This document shows positions 13,969-27,310 of a stretch of 64,000 nucleotides of DNA, piece by piece (the stretch's first letter is position 1; every line of letters begins with the position of its first letter). The stretch comes from Tubiluchus corallicola (lineage: Eukaryota; Animalia; Priapulida). The translations under genes and the position numbers were made by a program. The notes under the pieces were generated by a model. That model worked only from the letters and a program-made list of their open reading frames with translations, was not told the origin of the DNA and did no database searches. The stretch spans positions 741,981 through 805,980 of the forward strand of contig JAQGDQ010000053.1 of NCBI GenBank assembly GCA_030141605.1, in the 5' to 3' direction.

Positions 13969-15533
13969 TAGTGTGGAGGCCTCGTGGATCTCGCCTTCTT
14001 GAGGGGTACGGCCAAAGACTCAGAGAGATCAGCATAAAAATAGAAACAGAATGAATTGATGAGATTAAACATTTGAGGCACTGTATATTAATTTTATAGG
14101 AGATGAATTTAAAGTGGACATGGAAACACTAAATGTCATGATGTATCTATACTGAAGTTTGGCTTTGCCAGCTATTGTTATTGCAGATGGTCAGGCATCA
14201 GACAGTATGAGGATTGCAGTATACTCTTAATTCTTTAATGTTAAACCTTAGTGACTCTGCTCCTTATTGACTTCTTATACTGAAGCACGTTAATCGAGTA
14301 AGGATTGTGGCAAACGGGAGATTATAAAAAATAATGTACTATAGTACATAATGATTCCACCAAATAAAACAAGATTAGTAAAAGAAATAATCCTGACTGA
14401 AAAAATAGAATAGCCATTCAAACAAAGTTGGTATCATGAAGTGATAGAAAAATAAGTATAGAAGCTGAAAAAAGTGACAGGGGTAATAAGATTACGACGG
14501 AAATGAGAAATTAAATTAAAAATTGAAATGCACTTGCAGGAACAAAAAAACAAGATTAGATTGCTCAATGTAATAAACTGAGGCTACTGAAAAACGAAAT
14601 TATGAAGAATATTAAAGGATGTAGTCTAAAGGAAACTAGTGAAATTATTAGACTAAGGCTGAACATGACAAAGCATACAAGGGTAATTACAAGAACTTTT
14701 GTAAAGACAATGTATTGAATCCTTTATGCCGTTCAGCAGAGGATACAACCGAGCACTTTTTCAATTTCAAAGAAAATCAAATGTTAATAAATAAAACAAA
14801 TGTGAAGGCTGATATTATTCTAGGTGACAATGAAAGTTTTTGATTTTATTACAAATTTATGGATTTGACAAATATGTTCGATGAAGAACTTAAATTGAAA
14901 AATGTCGAATAAAACTAAGCTTAATTTAAAGAAACCCTGCCACCATGTCCTTACATTGCGGTTCATCGTTAGGGATGGAATGCGTTCAGCATCTATATTT
15001 GGTAAATCCAAGACTATGTTGACACATGTCCAACTCATCTTGCAACTTGCAAATGTCTCACAAACTTGTCTTTCGAATATCGATCAATGGCACATTTTTA
15101 AATTATCTTACTCTTCTGTATAATTTCAATAGGTTTAACAAGGCTGATTTGAGTGAATTTCCAAGCCATTCACTTCAGTTTGCGCCAATATCAGCTCCCG
15201 GAAGATTGCAGGCTCTGTGAGACGCAAAATGCTTCGAACACTAAAAGCATGATAGATTCTGTAGCAATTGACTGAGTAATACTTTGATGCAATAAATTGC
15301 TCTGTACTAATAATTACTATCGATTTTGCGCCCCCACCACCAGCAAAATGTTATTTTACACCCTATATTAATTGCAGTTTATCACTTTTATAATGTTTGC
15401 ATTTCTGTTATTTAATTATACAGTTTATTATTTTACAAATCAACATAATTTTAGTTAACACTATATCTTTCCGATCATAATATACAATTAGTTAATGTTG
15501 CAGCTATACGAGACGTGTGAGGCCTCCACGCTA
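13969..15533. mobile_element. Non-autonomous DNA element with TAG..CTA terminal inverted repeats
   Basis: Left tagtgtggaggcctcgtggatctcg versus reverse complement of the right end tagcgtggaggcctcacacgtctcg. No clear TSD. Confidence 0.5.
14100..14900 (+). mobile_element. 3' fragment of a non-LTR retrotransposon ORF2 (post-RT region with degenerate zinc knuckle)
   Basis: Broken frames WYHEVIEK..EIIRLRLNMTK..KGNYK..NPLCRSAEDTTEHFF, resembling the C-terminal CxxC..EH..C motif of LINE ORF2. Confidence 0.6.
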
Positions 15534-16609
15534 AAAAATATTTTTCATTGTGATAATTTGCTAAATTCAACAGATTGAAGGCCCTAATTAACACATCACT
15601 CATGAATGTCATATGCATGTGAAAACTTAATCCAGTGCACATCTTTCATATATTTTTGTCAACTCAGTAATTAAAAGAAATGAATAAATACTCAAGGTAA
15701 AGGCGCCGATCGTGTCCTACACCACGTTCAAAATGCAGTGGAACATGTTATTCCAGTTTAGATGGGGCATATAATTTTCTCCTGAACAAGTCATGTAAAA
15801 AAAGTCAAGCTGGGTCGTTGAATCTGATGATTCGAGTAGGTGGTTCGCGTGCAGTCAGTTGCAGCATGTGGGAAAATGGAAAAACAAATGTAGATGATGA
15901 CCACAGGTGGAATATGGTATAATTATTGTAATCAAATGAATTTTTTTATATATGAAAGAATAGTACGAAGTTTTGCTGAAAGGCACATTGACAGCTATTA
16001 AGTGGTTACAATGGCTTTTGTAGAACATGGTAGTCCTACATATATAGTCATCCTACATCGTTCAACTGATACCAGTTCAGCTCATGCAGCCATCATAGCA
16101 GTCACACCAACTCACACTTATTTGATATCATGATGTTCTCGGGGACTATAGTAGTTCAAGGTAAGCCATGCAGCCCGATCTTCTCTGAACTGATTCCAAC
16201 TTTTTGAGTTATTTCATTTATCGCAAGCATCGACACACAAGATTCGTGTATGCTCATTGTTTAATAATGATTATTTTTAATCATGTTTAATAACAGTCCA
16301 CATGTTTAACTGATGACCATGAAGCATTATTACATCCGAATTGATAATAAAGCCAATAGGCTTAATTTAAATCTTTTCTGATACATGCGAAAAAAATTTG
16401 CCCATTTTACTGCTCAAACAACATCACCATATTTACGATGTTCTCTATATAGGTGATACAAAAGCAATTTTGGGACAGGCAAAAGGGATAAAATAAAAAA
16501 GAACTGAGAATGTCACACTTGCATCAGTTACACAATGAAAAAAAATGCAATAAAAGTCGCACATATATGCCCATACATACACAAAAGGCTACATACACAA
16601 AAACTGATG

Positions 16610-17130
16610 ATTTCACCACGTGTCTAGATTAAATTCCATAATTTTCTGTTTCTTTGATCTGGCCATATTGTCCAGTTCCTCTTGGAGTATTATAGCATCT
16701 TGATCATTCTTCACTAATAGACCGCTAGTGAGACATCACACATGATGTCGTGAACAAACAAGAGTACTTTAGATCGCAACCTTTGGTGTGTCATTTATAT
16801 AAAATAGGAACAGGCACGAGCTACACCAGATCCTTAGGAGCTCCAGATTTAACAGGGGCTCCAGCCAAAAACACGCTGTCAACAACAACAGATTGAGTTC
16901 ATTCAGTATAGGAAAGTTTCTGTCCGAGTGTTGACCATACCATCAATGCCATATATATATATATATATATATGCCGAAATTTAGTTTTTGCATTGCATTC
17001 ATAGTTCATCTTATCAAATGCCTTTGAAACCATCATAGATTTACCATGATTTGGCAATATTTTGACGGAACCAAGCGTTTATGCTGTGACTTGTTGGCTT
17101 TTGTATTCCTTGAAAAGCCATAATTATTTA
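16610..17130 (-). mobile_element. CR1/L2-like LINE reverse transcriptase remnant interrupted by a (TA)n tract
   Basis: Minus-strand pieces SKAFDKM..GIDG..QSVVVD..VKSGAPKGS..LFLFYINDTP..LQEELDNM..MEFNLD. (TA)n at about 16950-16972. Confidence 0.7.
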
Positions 17131-17618
17131 ATTTATGGTTAAAAATTTATAAAAAGTTACACCCAAACAGCAGGTGGTATTTTGAAATAAACGCAGGCTG
17201 AGTAGAATGATATCTCTAGGTACTGCGGTGCGCAAAAACGCAAATAAATCTTAACTGAAGTTGCTAAATGTTGACGCTGAACATTATGCTGAGCTGCTGC
17301 AATAGAACCATGATAGAGTTTCAAACGCAGAAATGTTACGCATAGGTAAAGGAGTGAGAGGACAAAGGACAGCTTGGGCACTCATCAGAACTAAGAAACC
17401 TTCATCTAATTCGATAGAGTTTCGATTAGGAGTTGTTCAGTTGTATTAAATTTGTCAAACAGTACAAGGCGAAAACGCATGGTTTAAATGAGCCGAAGTG
17501 CGTAATGTGAGTATTTTCTTTTCACTAGTCGTGTTTTTGTGACGGATTGTTATTTTGCAAGGTAGTAATGGTAGTATTGCAGGTCTTTGTTCTTAAATTT
17601 ATAACCCAGAGTTAAACC

Positions 17619-18140
17619 TCAGAAGTTATTATTGTTTTTGTTTTTTTCAAGAGAATTTATTCTATTTACTGTTGCACAGCGCAAAAGTGGACCTAAAACA
17701 GTTCCCTCCCTAACAGATTCCTTTATTTTAATTTCATTATTGATACCAACTGGTGTCTCAATAACAGCATATGCTACCTCATTCAAATTTAAAATTAATT
17801 CACAAATGTGTGCTGGTATCCCTAAACGCCACATTTCAACTACAGCATCTTTAAGCCAAAGTTTATCGAAGCATTTTTCTATATCAAAAAATGTCATGTA
17901 AATATCATTGTTTAAATATTTATAATAGTTTAACATTGCCCTAATAGTGAATAGGTGATCAGCAGTACTTCGATTAGATATTCCACCATATTGGTATCTT
18001 CCTAAATCCGTTTCCAATTTGTCAATAATTCTATTTTTAATAATTTTTTCAAACAATTTTCTCATTATATTTGTAATGAAAATACCTCTTCTATTTTCCA
18101 TCAGCTTTTTATCACCTTTGCCTTTGTAAACTGACTTAAT
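17619..18140 (-). mobile_element. Non-LTR retrotransposon RT fragment
   Basis: IKSVYKGKGDKKLMENRRGIFITNIMRKLFEKII..QYGG..RSTADHLF..FFDIEKCFDKLW..VREGTVLGPLL, i.e. the N-terminal RT motifs. Truncated before the YxDD motif. Confidence 0.88.
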
Positions 18141-20485
18141 TTAAAAATACACAGTGAGACTTATTTATTTCTCACTGTTTATGCCTTATCTCTAGCATGC
18201 CCTACTGGCTTTGGGCACTGCTTCTCATTAGTCTGAAACCCCTTATTGTCAATCAAAATGAATTAATTAAATTAATGACCTTTGCCAATAGATAGCTCAT
18301 GTTATACCATTGTATTATGGATACCTGCTAAAACTAAAAGTATATATATCAATTGGAATTAATCAAATTTGTTTACAGATTCAATCATAACACTCTTCCA
18401 GTATTGTTTTCTGATTACTATCTCAGTGTACTGTAGTCACAACGCATGATTACAACACTAGCTTTGCAGGCAACAGAATTTACTTCATAGAACGTTTCAA
18501 TAGAAATATGGGACAGAAGTCATTAAAATACCAGGGGGCTGTTTTACGGATGCCCTTCCAAATAATATGAAAACTACTTCCTATTATAATCTAAAGTATT
18601 ATTTATAGATCTAATCTTACATCTAGTCATTGTAACATTACTACCACTACTGGTTATCCAGCTAATAATTATGTAGTTCTTCTAAGTCCTACTATTCACG
18701 GCTACTAACAATATTTAGATATGCGTTAGCTAGTATTGTAGATTTAATCTTTTTCAAAAGTTATTTGAAAGTCATATTGTTACATATTCTCAATCCTGAA
18801 ATGTAAGAAAAGTACCACCAATGAAATTCATCTTATGATTTACGTTATCAGAAATGCATAATTTGTAACAGTGTCGATGTCCCAAATTGCCTATAACTTT
18901 ATGTCCCTTGCTAGAAATATTGTAGATTATTATTAATTTAAATGCTAACAATATTTTTCCCACTTCATTGCTACTACTAAGTTTAATGACAGTTTTTCTT
19001 ATTTATAAGTAGTTAAGTGAGAATTTATAATAAGTGAATGAATTACTTATCAAGTGAACTTAAATTAGTTACCACAACATGGCGATATGATATTTTTAAT
19101 AAGTTTCTAATTCCTTAAAGTGCCTAATATTATACATTTATGCATTTGTTAATTTTATAACCTGATTAGTGTCTACTAATGCATTATTCTATATTAATTT
19201 TAAGATGAGTTAAGACAGCAGACTCGACGACCCATATTGTCCCCTGCTGCCATTTCTTCTGCATCATTAACATTGTCTTCTCCACTTTCAATTTGTTGAT
19301 TATGTGCTTAGAAGAAGAGAAATAAATACGTCTATGTGCTGGCTAAAATACAAATGAAACTTGGTAATAATTATGGTTAGAGGCATGTGAGTTGACGCTT
19401 CTTATCAAAAGGGTTAAAGGCATTGAACATGAAGCTGAACATGAGGCGACACTCTCCTATATCAGTAACAGCTGAATATGCCATGTCTGAAACGTCTCGT
19501 TTTTATACACGGGAATTGTTTCATAATTTCGTATACCTGTGTAGTAGGTGGTGCTGCGTGAAACACCGGCCGCCCCTGAGGTCCTACACATTCCGTTGTT
19601 ACATTAGACTTTCCTTCGTAATCAAAATGGAACGGACAACAAACATATCCGTTGCAGCTGATATGCATTTTAATGAGGTCTATTATAACGAGCGTTTACT
19701 GTACATTCTAAGTAACAAGATCTAATCATACCATACGTGTAAAACTAAGTTAACTTTACTAAAGTACACTAACCTTGCAAAAAACTGCTAACTGTATTAA
19801 AAACTGCATTAGCATTTATGAGTAAACAGCACTGCAGCAAGGACTGAAGTAGCACTTGTATTGGGTTTACTGAGTTAGACTTACATGGTGCATGACATTA
19901 AAAGCTTTTGTTTTAATATATCCACATTTTGTATATTCCATGCATATCAGGATAAGACATGCAAAATTTACATTTTTTTATATTGAGCTGCTGCCATTCT
20001 TCCTTTGAATGTTACTTTATTTCAAGGGTTTAATTGCTAGTGGTATTAGAGATAATAGCTGTTCAAGTTATGGAAAATTCAGATGAAATCATTACTAATC
20101 ACTTTATTGCTGCATGATCTCAAGCTCAACCAGTCCTTTCATTTATAATGAAACAATTACCTACATGTTAATGAATGATTGCCGCTGTCTTTGAAATCGT
20201 TTGTCTAGACACCGTGCAAGGTATACAAGTTTGTGACCTATAAAGATCTAGGCCTGTAAATACATAATTTATTATCTGCTGTTAATATCAATATACCAGA
20301 TCCAGTTCTGTGTAGAATGCAGCTAATTTGCGAATTATAGTGTATGCATGTGTATGACTTGTATAGATAGTGTCATTTTTATCTTGTTCACAGGGTAACA
20401 TATAAAAGTTAGCATTCTAATGGATATGCTTGTAATTGTTATAAAGTCAGAATAAATCTAAAGTTCACAAAGAGTGCTAATAAAA

Positions 20486-21530
20486 TTAGAACATTGCATG
20501 GAAATTCACAACAAGCGAGCATTTCCTCTTGACTCCGGCCTTTCTTCTATTATACAAGACGAAATTATATTTAAAACCCTTGTTGCTTAGAGTTGGCTTA
20601 AGGAAATTTGTATAATATGCTTCCTTGACCAAGTGATCAAATCTTGATTGAGCTGTATCAGTCACAATAAACTCTTCATATCTCATTAGGCTATTACAGT
20701 TTTGTTGATGTTCAGTCGAGAGCAAGTTATTAGCATTCATATGCTCATACACTGATTGCTTAGATATATCTTAGGAATTGCCGGAACTTGCTTGGGCCAA
20801 GAGCAGACACGATCTTTTCCTAACTCCCCGGAAGAGACAAATATAAAGAGTTATTATGGGCAGCTGATACATTAAAGCAAGTTTAAAAGTAACTAAGTTT
20901 CTCAAGGCATTTACAAAATACAGGGAGCGCACTGCAGAAATATTGTGAAATCTGTCATATTGTTTCTGATTTTCGACAGATTGGCTTTCAGGAGAAACAA
21001 AATCACGTACCTGTAAAGGAGAAAGTGAAACTTGGCTTTAATAAATGCTTCTCGACAATTTTAGTGATAGAGTGAGGACAATGATCTGATGAGGGCAATA
21101 CTGACAATCCAAGATACTTTCACTGATAGGCGTACCAAGTGAGTGACTCCTTATAGACGGTTACGGCTTTGCTGGACATTTACTGATCAGCGAATGTCTG
21201 TCTTTAATGGTAGCTGAATAAAGCAAGTAATATTTACAGAATCTCTGTCTTGCAGCTAAGGGTTTTAATGCATAATCAGTGAAATCACATGCAATAGACT
21301 GTGAGTATAGTACTCCAGGATGTTTTCGTATTGTGCCTGTACGAGCATTAACTTTTGCTCTTAAGTGGATGCAGAAATACATCAGAGTTGCTAAGACCAG
21401 CGTTTCCTCTTGATCTCACACCTTGAAACAAGTGATACTCTTAACTAGCATGTATTGCTTAAATTTAATACTTTCACTTGTAATCTGGCAGTATTGATGG
21501 AACTCTTGCTTAGCAAGTTTATCATTTAAA
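20486..21530 (-). mobile_element. Penelope-like element remnant (RT thumb to GIY-YIG endonuclease tail)
   Basis: ORF 20486-20752 (VYEHM..C..FIVTDTAQSRFDHLVKEAYYTNFLKPTLS) resembles the Penelope GIY-YIG C-terminus (EH..C..F.ILD..L.IKEA..KP.LN). Upstream EFHQYC..SIKFK..HP resembles the PLE thumb/linker. Heavily decayed. Confidence 0.55.
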
Positions 21531-22265
21531 TTCTTTATTTGTTACGCATTTCTGTTATTACGATGTTATCTTGTCCATGTAAAGCCTTAATAACTGCCTC
21601 GCATTTTGCCGAGAAGTACGAAGTACTGTCAGCCGTCCAATTCGTTATCGCTGTTTACATATTTTGGTTCACTAGTATACTGTATTGTAGTTTTGTGGAT
21701 GGAAAAACGTGTTTTGAATAGTGTATTTTTATTATTACATAAGCCATTTGTGTTTACATGAAAAATTCATCCTCACTGAGTGCTGATAATACAGTGTCTT
21801 TGTTATAAGTGAATTTTGTAAATGCAACCAAACTGCAGTTCAAGTAAACAACGTATAGTTCAAGGCTATGATGACTCTGCATTTTACTTCGGTTCACAGA
21901 CCTAGCACAAAGCTTTGTAGAAACACTTATTAATTTCTCTACATTGGCTAATCGTTTCGTACAATGGAAACTTACTGCAAGCATAATCGCGCTATATTTT
22001 TACTGCTTAATGCAATCATCAAAGTAGATCTCTGATTGTGAACCTGGAAATTACGATGAATAGACTAGATGATCTATAAATATATATATATAATATATGT
22101 GCATACGGTGCATATTAGGGACATTAGTGACAGCTGATTGATGGTTGCGCAAAGAACACTCAAGCAAGTTCTCATAAATAACTGGACACTTGGGTGTATT
22201 TGACTTTTTAACACTAGAAGGACCGGAAAAGTGTACATTGAAGGGCCGGCACGCGCCAGTTAATA

Positions 22266-23272
22266 TGGTGCGCGGTAAAAATCGCACAAGAAAAATGGCA
22301 CAAATGAAAAAGTAGGTAAAATTGCACGAGAAAAAATGCACTGGAAAAATGGCACAAATGGAAAAGTTGATAAAAATGGCACAAGAAAAAACGGCAAAAA
22401 TAGAAAAAAGGCACATATGTTATTTGTCCAGTTGATTTCTTTAACAAAACTAGAATGTGCTCAGTAGGAAGCAGATCTCTGCCAAAGTCGAACAATTCTA
22501 AATTTATTCGGCTGATTATGTTGATTAAAAAAAATTTACCACAAAGATAAGCAAGCAAACATACGAAAATGTACCTGTATTGGTATTATATAGACTATAT
22601 ACTAGCAAAATACTCACAAAATATTTGTTCATTAAATAGATTTATAATCAATAATGCACGAATGTTCTGCATAGTGTTTATCTAGCTCTTAACCATTACT
22701 TTTGACGATGGTAATAGACTGATAGGCAAAATTTATACGTTCCAAGTCACCTTATAAGGCTATACACATTAATAAACAGATGTTGTAGATGGCGTTACAC
22801 AGTTTATAAGCAAGAATTTCTTGAGATGGAACTGGAACTAACTCGTAGATGTTTGTCTAGGTGGAGATAACAAAAAAGAAGTGCTAAACGCTCCCTCTGA
22901 TACCTCCACGAAGTACTTCACCGTTGTTTTTTTACGTGGTGTTCGCTCATGTTTTGGGAAAAAAGAACCAGCCAAAAGATTCCCATTTTGGCTCCCTGTA
23001 CCCCCTTTCTTCACTAAGTTTCTTGAAAATCTGTTAGGTAATTCTTGTATAATAGGCTTACTGTTATAACAGATAAAAAACAACCAAACAAACAGACAAA
23101 CAAGCAAACTGTGTTGAAGTATAACTTCCTTGGCAGAGGTAAAAATAACTAACATAATTATCCTTTCCTGTAACCCTAATTCTAAACACATATTTTACTA
23201 AGTGTGCCATTTTTCCTATGCCATTTTTACCTGTGCTATTTTACCGTGCCTTTTTCCTGTGCCATTTTTACT
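22266..23272. repeat. Left arm of a long inverted repeat (foldback/MITE-like) with AAAAATGGCACA subterminal arrays
   Basis: Begins tggtgcgcggtaaaaat. It is the reverse complement of 24020-24767, with 52 bp perfect identity between 22700-22751 and 24388-24439. Contains a Helentron/HINE-like piece (ttacctctgccaaggaagttat plus gttt repeats on the minus strand, about 23075-23145). Confidence 0.93.
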
Positions 23273-23819
23273 TGTTTAACTCTGGTGTTAAAGTAACATT
23301 TCAGTCCTGAAATCCTGTGCAATAGCAACCAGAACGAAACTATGAAAAGTAATAAAAAATAGGAACATATCCTCCAGAGATATGCACGAAATAATAAAAA
23401 AATTGCGTCAATTGACGTGCTTTATCCTTCTGGTTTACGACACAGCTCCCGGATTAGCGGAAATTCTCAGTCTGTAAGTCCGGTGGAACAGTCAGGAAAA
23501 CTGTTTAAATGTTTTCACTTTACTGTTTGCATTTGAAATCGGGAAATATATAGGAATGGGGAATTAATGAGAATGGATAGATCCTAGGTTGGGTGACCGA
23601 GTGATCTATATTTTGGACTGCAACCACACGAGTCTAGCGACAGTCGACGCCAGGACATGCATATTGTACAATCTACAACTCGTTGTTGTAACCTGCATAT
23701 TCGTTGTTTGTGCGTTGTCCTAAATAAGTCGCTAAATAGCCGTTAGTGCTAAAGTTGTCTGTTTTTTGGTAATTTTTTGTTGTCGTTGTCTTTGTCTTTA
23801 ACAAAAATCGTCCAGCGGA

Positions 23820-23830
23820 ATGACTTTGCA
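23820..23830 (+). promoter_or_regulatory. Antioxidant response element (ARE) upstream of KEAP1
   Basis: ATGACTTTGCA is an exact match to RTGACnnnGCA, inside the CpG-rich foldback loop. Confidence 0.5.
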
Positions 23831-24019
23831 GTTTTGTAAAACACGTTTTCGCGCTGCTGTGTAATCAATATAGGCTTTTGGCGTGCCACAGCTTCGAATT
23901 GAATATTGGGGAAGTGTGAAGGATCGCTAGAGGTTAACCGGGTTAGGTTGGTCATTCTAAAACAGGGTTTAAATCGCCAAAACAAGTGTTTCAGGTGTGT
24001 AATATCATTATTTCGAATG

Positions 24020-24767
24020 TAGATAAAAACGGCACAGGAAAAATGACACAAATGAAAAAGTAAGTAAAAATGGCACACTTAATAAAATATGTGTTATAAA
24101 AATTTTGTTATGGTAGTAAGCCTGTTATGCAAAAGCTACTTGACAGACTTTCAAGAAACTTAGTGAAGAAAGGGGCCGGGGGGGGTACAGGGAGCCAAAA
24201 TGGGAATCTTTTCGCTGATTCTTTTTTTTCGCAAAATTTGAGCGAGCACCACGTAAAAACACTGGTGAAGCACTTCGTGGAGGTCTCAGAGGGAACGCTT
24301 AGCTACACATTTCAAGAAAATCTCGCGTGTAAAATGCTGTGTAATGCTGTCTCTAACCTTTGCTTATTAGTGCGTATAGCCCTATATGGTGACTTGGAAC
24401 GTATAAATTTTGCCTATCAGTCTATTACCATCGTCAAAACTAATGGTGAAAACGGTAGATAAACACTATGTGGAACACTTGTACATTATTGATTATAAAT
24501 GTGTTTAATGAACAAATATTTTTGAGTCTTGCTAGTCTATATAATACCAAACAGGTACGTTTTTGTATGTTTGTTAGTTTATCTTTGTATTAAATAATTT
24601 TTGATCAAAAGAATCAGACGAATAAGTTTAGGATTATTTGGCTTTGACAGACATTTGCTTACTACTGAGCACGTGCTAATTTTATCATAGAAATCAGTTA
24701 CATCAAAATGTCACGTGTGCCATTTTTACGGTGCTATTTTTTCCTGTGCCATTTTTACCGCGCACCA
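24020..24767. repeat. Right arm of the long inverted repeat
   Basis: Ends atttttaccgcgcacca, the complement of the left terminus. Colinear inverted homology to 22266-23272, lacking two insertions present in the left arm. Confidence 0.93.
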
Positions 24768-26596
24768 ATTGTTTCTTTATATTTTCGTATAGTTTTGTCT
24801 AGTGCTAGGGGAGAACAAGGTCACTTTCAAATTACGCGGTGAAGCTACTATTAAAATTTCAATATCTTACCAATGTTACCAAAAGACAAGGGATTACGCA
24901 TGCAGCAGTATTGATCCGCAATTCTCAACTGATAAAGCTTGGCTAGCGGGCAAGCAAAACGTTGCGTAAATCTTGTGTTGGCTCTTCATAATACAGTGTT
25001 CTTGAACATCGATAGCTTCTCGATTAAATTCCAACATAATTTACTGCTTAAATTATTAACGAACAATACTAATAAAACTGTTTTATGATAAACCCTAGCA
25101 TCATCTCTATAACAACCCCTAGGACATTCGGACTGTGAAGTATAAAACCTGTGATCTGTAAGAAGCGATCGAGAAATGCAAGTCATGCAGCAACTGTAGT
25201 ACAGTGTACTAACCGCTTGTTGAACCCATTGGAAATTGAGTCGCAGCATATTTTGTATCGATGACTGTTTTATATATTTCCGGTGGCTGGAGCTTTAAAA
25301 GACTAAATGTGACCATAAGGTCTAATTAATTTATTTTGTAGTGTGTGCCCAGCACACGTTTTAAATGTACTTTTTTAGTGTCTGGGTCTAGCTAGTGAAT
25401 TCAGTTGGTTTTAAACACAGAATTTCACGAATGAGGTGACCGGCTTTATTGAACCCGAAATCTTGTATTTGCCAACATGTTCCTTGTGTTCACTCAAGTA
25501 CTGCTGGATTATTAGAATTAGTTGTTTACAACAAGTACGCGGGCAGTGGTGAACCTTGATTGCTTTAAAGGGTAATCTGGCTAGAAGATTACATAGACTG
25601 GATACGAACTTACATGTATATATTTTATAAAGTATATTTGCTTAGTTGTATTGTACGAGTGCAGTTTGGTACTCGGTATCTAATTCGAGCTGTGACAGCG
25701 TTGCCTACTTTCCAGACTTCCGGCAAATAAACCTACAGTTTCATTTGTACAAAAATGTCTTATACTAGTCGCATACGGCAAAAATTCTTTATGCAGCAAA
25801 GTGTTGACGCAAACGATCTTATACAAAATTTGCTCGCACACAGCAAATGTGTACGAAGCAACCTGTGTCATTGATAAACACGTAACAGTAAACATTTACC
25901 AGGTGACACGTGTCAGAATGAGAATGATTGATTGTTATTGTTTTGTATGATGCAAATTGTTGTACCCGACGTGCGTACTGGAGCAGGATATGAGTTACGT
26001 GAAAAAAATAGTCACTTTTCATAAAAATCTGTATGCGGCAATGTTCAAAAAACAGCGTTTATTGAGCTCACACATGAGCAAAATCTGACAATTGCGCACA
26101 ACTTTTGCCTCATGTGTCTCATGTGTGATAGGTATCAAATAGTTGTTCACAAGTTCAAAATACTCTAGATATTGTCAGAGGTCTCGGGTGCCTAATAGTG
26201 GCTTCGCTTACAACTGCTATGTTTCATTGTTTTTACTGTAATTTAGTGTTTTGTTAATCTGAAAATTCGATTTCCTTGTGAAGTGTATCAGCAAATAAAA
26301 GTAGTGAATACATTTAAATACTTTGATTATTTCAATAGAATAGTGAGAGTAGTACTCTTGCTTGAAAATTTGCGACAAATGCTTTTCCTACTTTCATGTA
26401 TTCTCCAATAAGACCACTTAATAAAAGTTAGCAACATTTTTTCCCACTTCATGATGCATTTTTAGTTTGCAACTACTTGTACATGTGTTTACCATTAATC
26501 ACTGGTAACATGAGCTACTTTGCTGTCACGCTTAACCTTCAGTGGCTTGTCTTTGTCAGCTTTTGGGGACATTTGCTGTGCCTTTGCAACGTGTGC

Positions 26597-26606
26597 ATGA
26601 GTCAGC
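26597..26606 (+). promoter_or_regulatory. ARE / NF-E2 (CNC-sMaf) site with embedded AP-1 core
   Basis: tgcATGAGTCAGC, about 290 bp before the acceptor (26883) of the first coding exon of KEAP1. Confidence 0.55.
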
Positions 26607-27310
26607 TATAAATGTTTGCAGCATTTGCTTGCAGAATGTACTTTGCTTCTGTTATAAACCTTGAGTAAGTTATAAACAAGTTCTTTATTATGCACTGCTC
26701 TCGCTTCATACAGTAGCTAGGTAGCATAACTTGTAAATCATCAGTAGCTTGTCTTAAATTTTGTTTTTGTTGAAGTGAAATTGAAAAAACGTGGTTTGTT
26801 AGTTAACATGGTTGTGTATATAATAGGTGCGATTTTGTTATGACATTGTAATTGTGTGGCTGAATTAAATTAATTTTTTTCAGGTGAGAATTGATTGCTG
26901 AGATGCCATTGTTGCTCCGCGAATTATAACATGCGAAATCACCAAAATGTTATTTTGTGCACTTGCTATGTTATGGCTCAGCGATATAAACTGCGAAAGT
27001 TTTATAATGTGCGTGCTCCATGCTTATGATAACATTGCTAAAATGTGATGTTAGAGAAATCTAGTTAAACCAGAACCTACTGCACGTGGAGTTTTTGAAA
27101 ACTTTTATTTCTCATTCTATTTCTGCTTTGGACCTTTCTTATCGATTATCACTCTCTGTGCATTCCTAAAAGTCGTCGTGTTCGCCAAGTAACGACTAAG
27201 AAAGCTAAAGCTGCTTCAATGGCATTGAGCCATCAGTGGCGGTCAAGTGAGTCATTTAAACAGCGTTTAAAACTTAGTAGCGTGATAACCAATTGCTCAA
27301 GTCTTCCACT

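Noticed and set aside
19200-19420. Helentron/HINE-like small repeat
   Set aside because: Resemblance (aaatgaaacttgg core) is too weak to define boundaries without a repeat library.
22266-22416. Short repeated units resembling a CRISPR array
   Set aside because: Degenerate ~12-bp subterminal transposon repeats without unique spacers, in a eukaryotic context with no cas genes.
22051-24462. ORFs of 109-121 aa in the foldback arms, two sharing SRNLVKKG..GTGSQNGNL
   Set aside because: The similarity simply reflects the inverted repeat. There are no protein domains, and the Phe/Cys-rich frames come from the AAAAATGGCACA arrays.
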